DNA of 54,116 bases, taken from contig JABLTG010000140.1 of assembly GCA_016618085.1 (NCBI GenBank), positions 1 to 54,116 of the forward strand. The letters run 5' to 3'. Source of the DNA: Neovahlkampfia damariscottae. Its lineage: Eukaryota. The notes beneath the pieces were generated by a model. It worked only from the letters and a program-made list of their open reading frames with translations, searched no databases and was not told the origin of the DNA. This document shows positions 12,801-20,990 of the stretch, piece after piece. The position numbers and the translations under genes were made by a program. Within the stretch, counting starts at the first letter, position 1; every line of letters begins with the position of its first letter.

Positions 12801-15800
12801 CTATTGATTATGATTTAGTCTTAAAAGAAGGAGGTTGTTATTCTATTATTGCAGAGGTTCAAGATGAAAATGGATTAATCAATGAAACAGGAATCATGAT
12901 TATAGTTCAAGGAGGAAAAAAAATTGGCACTCAACTTTCTCGAATTCAATCAGATTCTCTTATTGTTATTGCTGATAAAACTGAATATCAACCAGGTGAC
13001 ACAGCAACAGTTTTTGTTCAATCACCATATGAAGATCAAGCAGAAGGTTTAATGCATATAGTTACTTCCGGAATTCTCGTGGAACAAAGATTTCAACTTG
13101 ATCAAGGAAGCAGTATTTTAAAAATTCCAATCCAAAAAGAAATGATTCCAGGTTGTGAGTTACACATCAATTTAGTTTCTTCAAATTACAGAGTTGATCA
13201 ATTTAATTGTGAAGACAAAGATGCTCCAAAGAAACCGGCTTATGGCCATGGAAGATTGAGATTGAATGTTCCACCATCCCATTTTGGATTGACAATTCAA
13301 TGTGAACCAGAAAAGAAAGTTTGTGCTCCAGGAAGTGAAAATGAAGTTGATTGTGTGGTAAAAGATAAATCAGGAAATTTGGTGAAGAATGCTGAAGTTA
13401 CTGTAGTTGTAGTTGATGAAGCAGTTTTAAGTTTGACAGATTATAGAATCCAAGACTTACTGTACATATTCCATCCACAACATATTTTCGACATATATTC
13501 CACTAATTCATTGAGAAGTCAGGTTTATATTAAAGATTACTCTTCAATTACGTTTACAGAAAAACAACCACAAAAAAAATTGCTTTTTAGAAGGAATATG
13601 GTTCAATCTTCTGCAATACCTGAATCCAGGGATGTACTATCTTTTTCAATGATGGAGACTAAAAAAAAAAGAAACAAATCAAAAAAAGAAGAAGAATCAA
13701 GTGGATCAATTGAAGATACTCCAGATTCTAAAATTGAAAACAGAACCAATTTCTGCCCTTTAGCTGTGTTTGAATCAGTTGTAACAGATAAAGATGGAAA
13801 AGGAAAAATCAAATTCACGTTGCCAGATAATTTGACAACATACAGAGTTACAGCAATTGCAGTCAGTGGAGAAAATTATTACGGATTGGCAGAGTCATCA
13901 ATCCAAGTTAATCTTCCAATAATGATCAGACCTTCTCCTCCAAGATTTTTGAACTTTGGAGATAAAGCTGAAATTGCAGTTATCCTTCAAAATCAAGCTG
14001 AAGTAGCTTTGACTGTAAACTTCAGTGTGAGAATGACCAATTTATCTTTGACAAGTAACGAAAATGAACATTTGAAAGTTAAAATTGAACCATCCAATAG
14101 AGTCATTGTCAAGTACCCAGTCACAACTGAGAAATGTGGCACTGGAAGAATCCAAATTGGAGCAGAGGTTTTGGGCACGCCATTTGCAGATGCAGTCACA
14201 AAAGAATTTCCAATTTTCACTCCAGCAACAACTGAAGCATTTGCAACATATGGAGAAATTGATGATGGATCAACCTGTCAACCTATTCTTCCACCTAAAG
14301 ATGTTTATTCACAATTTGGTGGATTAGAAATCACAACATCATCAACAGCAGTTCAAGCTTTGACTGATGCATTTATTTATGTGTACTACTATCAATTTGA
14401 TTGTGTTGAACAAGCTTCAAGCAGATTATTGAGCATTTGTGCTTTAGAAAACGTTTTATACGCATTTCAAGTTCCAGGATTACCTACTAAATCACATTTG
14501 AAGAAGATAATGAGTACATGTATCACCAAACTCAGAAACTCTCAACGTAGTGATGGAACCTATGGATTCTGGACCACAAATTCAGAACCAAATATCTTTT
14601 TATCAATTCATGCTGCTCATGCATTAATCAGATCTTCACAACAAGAATATGATGTTCCATATCATACAATGGAAAAATGCAAATCATTTTTAACTTCAAT
14701 TGAAACACATCTTCAAAATACTTATTATCAATACTATAGTGAAGTAACAAAATATTCACTCAGAAATTTCGCACTTTATGTGTTAACATTAATGAAACAT
14801 GACAAATCATTCATATTAAAAAAAGCAAATGATTTAATGAAAGAAGCAGGATTTGAAAAACTTTCAATGGATGGACTTGCATGGATTTTAGTGGCAATCA
14901 ATTACTCTGATCCAAAACCAACATCAAATGAATACTACCAAAAGATTTTAAAATATTTCCAAAATAGAGTAATTGAAACACCTGAAACAGCTGGGTTTAC
15001 AACTTCATATGGAGAGAATAATGATGCTCAATTAGTAATGTTGCATTCAAATAGAAGAACAGATGCAATTATCCTTGATGCTTTAATTGAAGTTGATCCA
15101 AAAAATAGTTTGATTCCTAAAATTGTGAAAGGATTAATGAAACATAAGAAAAATGGAAAATGGGGATCCACAAGTGAAAATTGTTTCATTTTACTTGCTA
15201 TGAAAAAATATTTTGATGTTTATGAAAATGTTACTCCTGATTTCGTGGCAAGAATGTGGTTAGGTGATGATTTTGCAGGTGAACAAGAATTCAAAGGACG
15301 TTCAACTGATAAAAATTTGATCAATATTCCAATGAAACTCATCACAAAAGACTCTCAAGAAAAAAATGTGATTATTCAAAAAGAAGGAAAAGGGAGACTT
15401 TATTATCGTATTGGAATGTCATATGCACCAAAAAATTTACAACTTCCTGCTTTAAATTATGGTTTTATTGTTGAAAGAACTTATGAAGCTGTTTCAGATC
15501 CAAGTCATGTGAAACTCAACAAAGATGGAACTTGGACGTTCAAAGAAGGAGAATTAGTTCGTGTGAGACTCACCATGGCAAATACATCAGTTAGATATCA
15601 TGTTGCACTTGTAGATTTCTTACCTGCTGGATTAGAAGCTTTAAATCCTGATTTACCAATTGGAGGAGATATCCCAATGGATAATACAGATTGCACCACT
15701 TCCAAATTTGGAATTGGTAGAAGATATAGAAGATGGAGAAGTACATGGTATGAACACCAAAATTTCAGAGATGAAAGAGTTGAAGCATTTGCATCCTATC

Positions 15801-15943
15801 TCTATTGCAGTGTTCATAAATACTCATATCTTGCAAGAGCAACCACAAAAGGTTCATTTGTTGTTCCACCAACAAAAGCAGAAGAAATGTATTCACCTGA
15901 AGTCTTTGGTAGATCAAAAACTGAACATGTAACAATTGAATAA
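9842..15943 (+). CDS. Bacterial-type alpha-2-macroglobulin (thioester protein) with N-terminal Ig-like domains; intronless, about 2033 aa
   Basis: FNDRNLYKPKEKVSIKG, FQLQEFRTPEYKV, DKTEYQPGD, VVDEAVLSLT, RTNF...FTLPDNLTTYRVTAIA, PRFLNFGD, thioester DCVEQ (14402-14413), VALVDFLPAGLE, YLARATTKGSFVVPPTKAEEMYSPEVFGRS. The first in-frame ATG is 9842, just downstream of three CCAAT motifs; the ORF-track start at 9674 is a TTG. Confidence 0.9.
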   Translation: MRKHRKPNNSDLFSAVGSFLSANTYNPEGEQYPLRFELREPTPEDFIKTSQEAPSNIDNGNQEFTKLSTQEIEHLQKRLPEIETEKEDFQEFKVREKSLKAPVKGDTILQEFPPKGSFDPPKLSIEEICQDKELIVERYLPEGKVPMAPQLSVTFNDAMVKLSSIEQVESQEIPVEISPKVEGKFRWIGTKSLLFEPKFRFNQSTLYSCVIKKGTKSQNDLKLSKDVKWTFETPTVKITKSLPNATVFESPVFYLHFDQKIEPEKMIKIIKMSNYNGTFELLKIEEVKKIVAEQKASYRQNVDYLMDSSIEGRFMWFRGNKKLKLATNFQVTVGPNIPSAEGPLLAPLASYQFSTFGPMSYVSHSPTEKTLPFRGWSVRFSNKIEVEDLDPEKIVSIEPKLPDCRISVTHDHLNINGKSKGSTDYKITINTGLKDVYGQNLAEKKEITISVGPAEQMIKCLENGLIALDPTEPETQTVSLITCNLSQTRCVVLQVKPSDYRSYSGHSSYDKRTLDKQFNFGKKVFDKVIQIDSKPDVPVETFIPLKQYLQHSDENLGQIVVAFEPLEKDWKNNYDSHPIPSVWIQSTEISLDYFAHSSSAELVCWSNSLRSGKTMEDVRFDYGIEHAKSDKTGLAHFKLSTSDGRFLVASHKNDICFVPKVSVANRPTDHYIASTFNDRNLYKPKEKVSIKGFVRKLKRTKNGYNLESVSLSSFTVKVVDPRGAEYHKSDMTLNEYGSFKITFDVPDNANLGTHYVYFQNTSNHISFSNTFQLQEFRTPEYKVSASTSSGPFIGNGIAIVTVNAEYYSGGGMSSAKANWTVRQSESNYRPVGWNGFNFQKSVPYWFSSPSSKSDKRGPVPISGTTDSNGLNKVCIEYFETTRKPKRPVTLTASVNVQDLNNQVMSANTNVLIHPSSLYVGMKAVKTFGKPNQPIPISLIATNIKGITKQNVAIKLKAYQHLSYYKKLQYVEEQKEVLDIVLKSKNQAIDYDLVLKEGGCYSIIAEVQDENGLINETGIMIIVQGGKKIGTQLSRIQSDSLIVIADKTEYQPGDTATVFVQSPYEDQAEGLMHIVTSGILVEQRFQLDQGSSILKIPIQKEMIPGCELHINLVSSNYRVDQFNCEDKDAPKKPAYGHGRLRLNVPPSHFGLTIQCEPEKKVCAPGSENEVDCVVKDKSGNLVKNAEVTVVVVDEAVLSLTDYRIQDLLYIFHPQHIFDIYSTNSLRSQVYIKDYSSITFTEKQPQKKLLFRRNMVQSSAIPESRDVLSFSMMETKKKRNKSKKEEESSGSIEDTPDSKIENRTNFCPLAVFESVVTDKDGKGKIKFTLPDNLTTYRVTAIAVSGENYYGLAESSIQVNLPIMIRPSPPRFLNFGDKAEIAVILQNQAEVALTVNFSVRMTNLSLTSNENEHLKVKIEPSNRVIVKYPVTTEKCGTGRIQIGAEVLGTPFADAVTKEFPIFTPATTEAFATYGEIDDGSTCQPILPPKDVYSQFGGLEITTSSTAVQALTDAFIYVYYYQFDCVEQASSRLLSICALENVLYAFQVPGLPTKSHLKKIMSTCITKLRNSQRSDGTYGFWTTNSEPNIFLSIHAAHALIRSSQQEYDVPYHTMEKCKSFLTSIETHLQNTYYQYYSEVTKYSLRNFALYVLTLMKHDKSFILKKANDLMKEAGFEKLSMDGLAWILVAINYSDPKPTSNEYYQKILKYFQNRVIETPETAGFTTSYGENNDAQLVMLHSNRRTDAIILDALIEVDPKNSLIPKIVKGLMKHKKNGKWGSTSENCFILLAMKKYFDVYENVTPDFVARMWLGDDFAGEQEFKGRSTDKNLINIPMKLITKDSQEKNVIIQKEGKGRLYYRIGMSYAPKNLQLPALNYGFIVERTYEAVSDPSHVKLNKDGTWTFKEGELVRVRLTMANTSVRYHVALVDFLPAGLEALNPDLPIGGDIPMDNTDCTTSKFGIGRRYRRWRSTWYEHQNFRDERVEAFASYLYCSVHKYSYLARATTKGSFVVPPTKAEEMYSPEVFGRSKTEHVTIE

Positions 15944-15946
15944 ACT

Positions 15947-16675
15947 TTATTTAATCAATTTTTTGATGATTTCTCCGCTGTAATTTTCAATCATTTTCGA
16001 AATGAAATTTTTATCTTCTATTTTTCGATTTTGCAATTCTTTCATTATTTTTGTTATTTGAATGTGTTTATAAACAACTTCAAAAAGCTCTTTTGAAGCA
16101 GGACAATTTCCTTTGATTTCGTAAATGACACTAAAAATGATGGATACAACAACTCCTAAAGTACAAGTTGATAGAGCAGATACTGTTCCATTAATGATTC
16201 CAGCTGATACAGTACCAACTCCCGGCATGAATTTTAACAAAGAAGTAACTGAAATACCAACTGTTTGGGCACAAGATAATCCTACAGCTATGATTATTGT
16301 TTTGATTGGAATCACATCCAAAGGAACATCCCAAATAACAGAAAGAGTAACTAACATCCCAGATTGTACAGGTAATAGTAATACTGCTTCTGTGAATGAT
16401 AAGGGTATCGTATTGACAGCAATTGCTGCTGCGGTTGACGCAACTATTGTTCCGGCGCTCAAAGCCATTTGAGTATAAGGTCTGGTTTCAACAACTTTTT
16501 TTATTTTTTCTTCCATTATCTCTTGAAATTGTGGTTCATTTTGAAGGTCATAAATTGGAGTTGATGGTAAGTCAAACTCATCAATTTTTTTTTCCAATTC
16601 ATCTTCAAGAATGATTATTGTTTTAATTTGTGGTTCAATTATTTCTTCAGGTTTTACAGTTAACGTCTCTTCCAT
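15947..16675 (-). CDS. DUF697/YcjF-like helical membrane protein (host part of the 324-aa ORF)
   Basis: TAAAIAVNTIPLSFTEAVLLLPVQSGMLVTLSVIW and SLLKFMPGVGTVSAGIINGTVSALSTCTLG match the DUF697 segment found C-terminal to bacterial GTPases. ATG at 16675 lies outside the TIR element. Confidence 0.65.
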   Translation of the reverse strand: MEETLTVKPEEIIEPQIKTIIILEDELEKKIDEFDLPSTPIYDLQNEPQFQEIMEEKIKKVVETRPYTQMALSAGTIVASTAAAIAVNTIPLSFTEAVLLLPVQSGMLVTLSVIWDVPLDVIPIKTIIIAVGLSCAQTVGISVTSLLKFMPGVGTVSAGIINGTVSALSTCTLGVVVSIIFSVIYEIKGNCPASKELFEVVYKHIQITKIMKELQNRKIEDKNFISKMIENYSGEIIKKLIK

Positions 16676-16754
16676 TTTGTTTTTTGGTTCAAGTAACTTT
16701 TTAAATTTAACTTTAGCCAATGATACTTTTTGGAAGGTTATTTTTAGATGCAAC

Positions 16755-16803
16755 AAGTATGTAGGTGGTAAGGCTCCAAGCTCTAGTCCATAAATTACAC
16801 CGG
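16755..16803 (+). repeat. Left terminal inverted repeat
   Basis: AAGTATGTAGGTGGTAAGGCTCCAAGCTCTAGTCCATAAATTACACCGG; its reverse complement matches 18879-18927 with 4 substitutions. Confidence 0.95.
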
Positions 16804-16921
16804 TGAAACACTTTTTATGCATTTTTCTTTCTTCCCAATCGTCATGGTTTCTGCCATTTTTTCTTGCATTTCCAATTGGTTGTCTGATTGGTTTGTCACA
16901 AAATGTGCATGTTTTTGTCAT
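16804..16921 (-). CDS. Small virus-like Cys/His protein, cut by the left TIR and fused in frame to the DUF697-like gene
   Basis: MTKTCTFCDKPIRQPIGNARKNGRNHDDWEERKMHKKCF. The CxxC...IGxxRKNG...HxDW...HKKC pattern is recalled from large DNA virus/PLV hypothetical proteins and was not verified by search. Confidence 0.55.
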
Positions 16922-16956
16922 TGTTATATAATTAATTTATAATAATTTCTTTAAAC

Positions 16957-17212
16957 CTAATGTTTTTTAAATAGACAATTTTTTAAATCTTTCAAATTTG
17001 TTTTCAATCGTTTATTTTCCTCAATTAATTCTTCTTTTAAATATTCCAAACCTTTAATTTGACTTTAAATTATAATTTTCCTTCTTTAAATCAACATATT
17101 TTTGCAACAATTCATTGTATGCAATTTGTAATTCCTCCAATTTTTCCTCAACATTTACTTCTTCATTTTTCATTTCTCTACAATAATTTTTCATAAATTC
17201 TATATAATTCAT
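16957..17212 (-). pseudogene. Short coiled-coil ORF with one internal stop, inside the element
   Basis: MNYIEFMKNYCREMKNEEVNVEEKLEELQIAYNELLQKYVDLKKENYNLKSN*RFGILKEELIEENKRLKTNLKDLKNCLFKKH*. The heptad pattern continues in frame past the TAA at 17054-17056. Confidence 0.6.
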
Positions 17213-17426
17213 TTAATATAATATTAATTTATATTATATTTTTTTATTTTTTCGGAGTAGCGTTTTTACCCCAAGTCTAACTTTACCTTTTCTATAACAT
17301 TCTTCATTACTTCCTTAGTAACATTTCTTTGATTTTGTCGTTTTTTTTTTAGGAGTTTTCATTGGTGTTTGTGCATTTATTATTGGATGGTGATAAAGAG
17401 TTATGATTGGTCATTTCTTTTTGTGA

Positions 17427-17933
17427 ATGTTTGACCTACCTAATTTCAACTTTGCACTTTTGCTCGTTCTTTGCTTCACATTTTCTGGACTTTTTGTTTT
17501 GGTTTGTCTTTGTCTTTGTCTTGTCTTTATTTTCAAATCGATCCAGCAGAACCAAGAAAATAATAGTCATCCAAAAAGCGTTTCAGGAGTAAATAACGCA
17601 GAAATATTTAGGACAGACCAAATTATTGATATCAACCATAAATCTAGACCAAAAAAACAAGAGAATATCAATCATGAAACCAGACCAAAAAAAAAACAAG
17701 AGAGATTATATGGAATGTACAAATGTACCAATTGTGGGAGAAGATGGGAATCTGGAAACAGTTGGAAAGGTTGCTATCAAAAATGTGAAGAATGTTTTTC
17801 GAAAGTTTATCCATATTCTCAAAATCCTCTGATAAAAAGTGTAAATAAATCTGACATTAGGAAACCACATCCAATGGAACTATGTCAAAAATGTCAACAA
17901 CTAGGTTTTTCATGTGTGAATCAATATAAATAA
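17427..17933 (+). CDS. 3CxxC zinc-finger protein (ZAR1/ZCCHC24/RTP-type domain) with an N-terminal transmembrane helix
   Basis: RLYGMYKCTNCGRRWESGNSWKGCYQKCEECFSKVYPYSQNPL...KPHPMELCQKCQQLGFSC. Hydrophobic residues about 8-35. Intronless and intact. Confidence 0.85.
   Translation: MFDLPNFNFALLLVLCFTFSGLFVLVCLCLCLVFIFKSIQQNQENNSHPKSVSGVNNAEIFRTDQIIDINHKSRPKKQENINHETRPKKKQERLYGMYKCTNCGRRWESGNSWKGCYQKCEECFSKVYPYSQNPLIKSVNKSDIRKPHPMELCQKCQQLGFSCVNQYK
17628..17704 (+). repeat. Two-copy in-frame tandem repeat (36/39 bp) in the 3CxxC gene linker
   Basis: INHKSRPKKQEN followed by INHETRPKKKQER. Confidence 0.75.
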
Positions 17934-17939
17934 ATTTTT

Positions 17940-18576
17940 TTAAAAAAATTTTCTTAGTTCATCCTTTTTTGTTATTATTTTTTTATCAGATTTCCAATCA
18001 AAATTTTTATTTCTTGGCTTCAATAAAATAATTGATAAAAATCCATTTTTAGCCCTTGTAAATTCAATTATAAAGTCATTTGGATGGAATTTTAACCATC
18101 TCACAACCAGTATCTCCTTGAAAATCGTCTTGGCATCCTCTTGTAATCCGGAAAAAGTGATTTTTTTTGTTTTTCTTTCTTTAAAAAATTCTTTTAATGG
18201 ACCTGTATATATTTTATATTCTTTAGGCATATCTAATTCATATATTTTATTAGAATATTCACTTCCATACATAAAATGTTTAATGATATTTGTATGTTTT
18301 TTGTATTCTTCAGAATATTTTTTGTTTGTGTGATCAACCCACCAATCAACACTATTATAAAAAAAATCAAAAAACATCCTGATTGTAACAATGTCTGCTG
18401 GACAAATAATAATTTCCAAATTCGTACTTTATATCTTTGTTTAATTTATTAATATATCTTTTTTTCGCAGATTCATTTAATTCAACCTCATTCTCACAAT
18501 ATTGTTCATGATGTCCAAGATCAGAACCACTTTGTTGTCTTAAACATTTTTCGTAAACATAAAATTCATATCCCAT
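17940..18576 (-). pseudogene. Frameshifted intronless hypothetical gene (about 210 codons) inside the element
   Basis: The ATG ORF 18576-18367 overlaps a downstream ORF 18419-17940 that has only a TTG start; one frameshift near 18425 joins them. Same upstream motif as the other element ORFs. Confidence 0.55.
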
Positions 18577-18595
18577 TTATAATATTAATTTGTAT
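18577..18595 (-). promoter_or_regulatory. Element-specific motif AAATTAAT(A)TTATA just upstream of the ATG (also at 17213-17235 and 16922-16945)
   Basis: ACAAATTAATATTATAAatg, ATAAATTAATATTATATTAAatg and ATAAATTAATTATATAACAatg on the - strand. Confidence 0.55.
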
Positions 18596-18878
18596 TATTT
18601 TTAATTTATTTTTTCTTGGTGAGATTTTGCGGTAAAAAAATTGAAAATTGAACACGATTGAGAAAATAGAGCTGTATCTGTTATATCAAGAAAATAAATC
18701 ACTCAACATGGCTTTTAAATTTTTTGAGAAATTTTTTGTTTTTTTTACCGAGTTGAGAGCTCTGGGCGAGAAAATATAATTTTGTATTTGGATTATCTGG
18801 GCAAAAATGTATTTTTGAGGGCGGGGAAAAAGTACATTTTTTTGAGGAAACGTTAAATTTAAGTCACTGGAGGGTTTG

Positions 18879-18927
18879 CCGGTGTAAATTATGGGCTAGA
18901 GCTTGGGGCCTTACCACCTACTTACTT
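18879..18927 (-). repeat. Right terminal inverted repeat
   Basis: CCGGTGTAAATTATGGGCTAGAGCTTGGGGCCTTACCACCTACTTACTT on the + strand. Confidence 0.95.
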
Positions 18928-19036
18928 TGAAACAAAGAAAAGAAATTCGAAAATAAATATTTGATGATTTTTCTGAATTGACACAATTGTCTCAAAAGGG
19001 TCAGAGATTAGATTCCTTAATTCTTATTTAAATATT

Positions 19037-19733
19037 CTAAAATTTATAACAAATTGATACATCTTGAGGAGCAGGACAAAATCCTTTAAATAATTACAAA
19101 AACAACAAAAATCTAACCTCCAAAATATATGCCCAAATAAAATCCCCTTTGTGGTGCTGAACATTTTGTATGGAGAATTGTATGACTTTCAACAAGTCTA
19201 TTATTTTCATCAAATAGTAAATATCTACTTTTATCATTTTCATCAATGATATTAAATCCATAATACTTATTGACATCTAAAAGATATTTGAATGGTTTTA
19301 AAAGATCTGGATTTTGAAAAGGTTTTCTTTTTTGATCATAAGCATAAGCAGCAATTTGTACTTTGTTTTTAAATTCACAATCTTCTATTTCACCAACTAC
19401 TCTTCCATTTTGGAATTTAATACAACTTGGATGTCTTCTCCAAACAAATCTGTCAGAATCATTGTGGTGATGATTTAAATATCCACATCTTGAAGCACCA
19501 TATAATTTATTCCAACCTGTTTGACAACGTTGTCCATTTGGTTCAGAATTTGGAAAAAGGTATTTTGGCACATTTTCTTTGAATAATGCTTTGAACGGCA
19601 TTTCTGCTGAATTTCTGAAACCTTCAAAAGGTATTTTCACCACTCTGTGATTTCCTTGTTTTACTGTGAAACAATTTTCTGCACAGCTCACAGATAAGAG
19701 CAACATAGCACTGAGAAAGATGAATCTGAGCAT
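19037..19733 (-). CDS. Secreted hypothetical protein with WNKLYG / HHxxSxRFVWR / YFGGxxPAP motifs (1 intron)
   Basis: Signal peptide MLRFIFLSAMLLLSVSCA. GWNKLYGASRCGYLNHHHNDSDRFVWRR. Spliced end YFGGFCPAPQDVSICYKF*. Confidence 0.7.
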
Positions 19734-19940
19734 TCTGGTTGGTGGAATAAAAGTGTTTTTTTTTAATTTTTTCATGGAAGAGAAATTTTGGTTATATTTC
19801 AAAGAAAAAATTAATTAAATTGCAAACAAGAAAACGAACATTCAATTTTGGACACAAAGCTCTTTTTTGGAACCTTCCAATTTGTTTTTTATTTGTTATT
19901 TCCCATTGGTCCAACTTGTTTTCCAACTCTATTGTTCAAG

Positions 19941-20898
19941 ATGGAAAACATATTCAAGAGAAGGATATGTATTAGATTATACTTATATTGTATCACAGGT
20001 ATCTATACTTTGCTGTCGGTTCTTATGTTGATTCCAATGGTATGCCTGATAGTTGCAGCTGTAATTGTTTCTCATTTTTAATTTCTTCATAGATTGTTCT
20101 TCCTTTGGAATCAAGACCAATAAATGGTGATACTTTCAGTTTTCTGTTCACTGACCAAAACAAAGTGAACCAACAAAATGCTGCTTCTTTTGGACTGATC
20201 AATTCAGAACTTTCTTCCATGTCCATTCAAGTAAACTCAAGTCTAAGACCAACTGCTTTCTATAACATGACACAAGATGTCCAACAGGTAATTCAGAATA
20301 TATTTTGTTAAAAAAATAGAAAAAAGAGTTGGTGTACTCACCAGGGTTTAACTATACTCAATTTCGATTTTATAAAAGCTCTGTCGTGCTTGCTAGCAAC
20401 ATACCTGCCACAAAGACAAGATTTGTAACTTTAGGATTCAATTTCTTCAAAGATGGAAAATCAGTTGGTTATGATACTCTTTCATTGGATATGTTTCAGT
20501 ATACAACCTACAGTTTGGGTGGAAGACGTTACTTGAGTTACTACAGAGCTAGTGGAACCATGTGCCTAGTGTTTGATGCTTCTTTAAAAAAAATGACTTC
20601 AACACCTTGTGGGCTGAAAGATGGCTATTTTCCACGATACGTTTATCATTATGGACCTGTTTCAGGAAATATATCACCAACTGTAAATTTATATTTACGA
20701 GAAAAAAGAGATCCATTTGTCAAAGAAATTCCTTATAGAGTATATGGAAGTCATCCAATAACTTTTTTGTTGGGTATGATATCTGTAGTTTTGGCAGCTA
20801 TTTCAGTTGTGTTGACATTTATTGGAATGCTTGTTTTGATGGTTCTTGGTTTTGTTGCTGTGTTTGGTGGAACGATATACATTGGGCAAAGGTTATAA
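19941..20898 (+). CDS. Hypothetical membrane protein with N- and C-terminal TM helices (2 introns)
   Basis: ATG at 19941; hydrophobic termini; GT-AG introns at about 20061-20092 and 20288-20319 restore the frame. Confidence 0.6.
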
Positions 20899-20990
20899 TA
20901 AAAAAAATTCTTCCTTTCATTTTATTGTCAGTCAAAATTGTCACGTTGTCTTGTGGTGTCGGAAGTTTGGAATTTTCCACCAATCGGAAC

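Larger units (their letters stand above)
16755..18927. mobile_element. TIR-bounded non-autonomous element, probably an internally deleted Polinton/Maverick-like virus relic
   Basis: 49-bp inverted repeats at both ends (45/49 identical). Flanks TGCAAC (16749-16754) and TGAAAC (18928-18933). Interior of intronless decayed ORFs with a shared upstream motif; no transposase or integrase seen. Confidence 0.8.

Noticed and set aside
11673..16793. Short alternative-frame and antisense ORFs within the A2M and DUF697-like genes, and similar ones elsewhere
   Set aside because: They are shadow ORFs of real genes with biased codon usage and show no independent motifs.
18636..18652. Tandem AAAATTGA (mimivirus early promoter motif) in the element
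   Set aside because: The octamer is frequent throughout this AT-rich window, including inside host CDSs, and no convincing ORF follows it.
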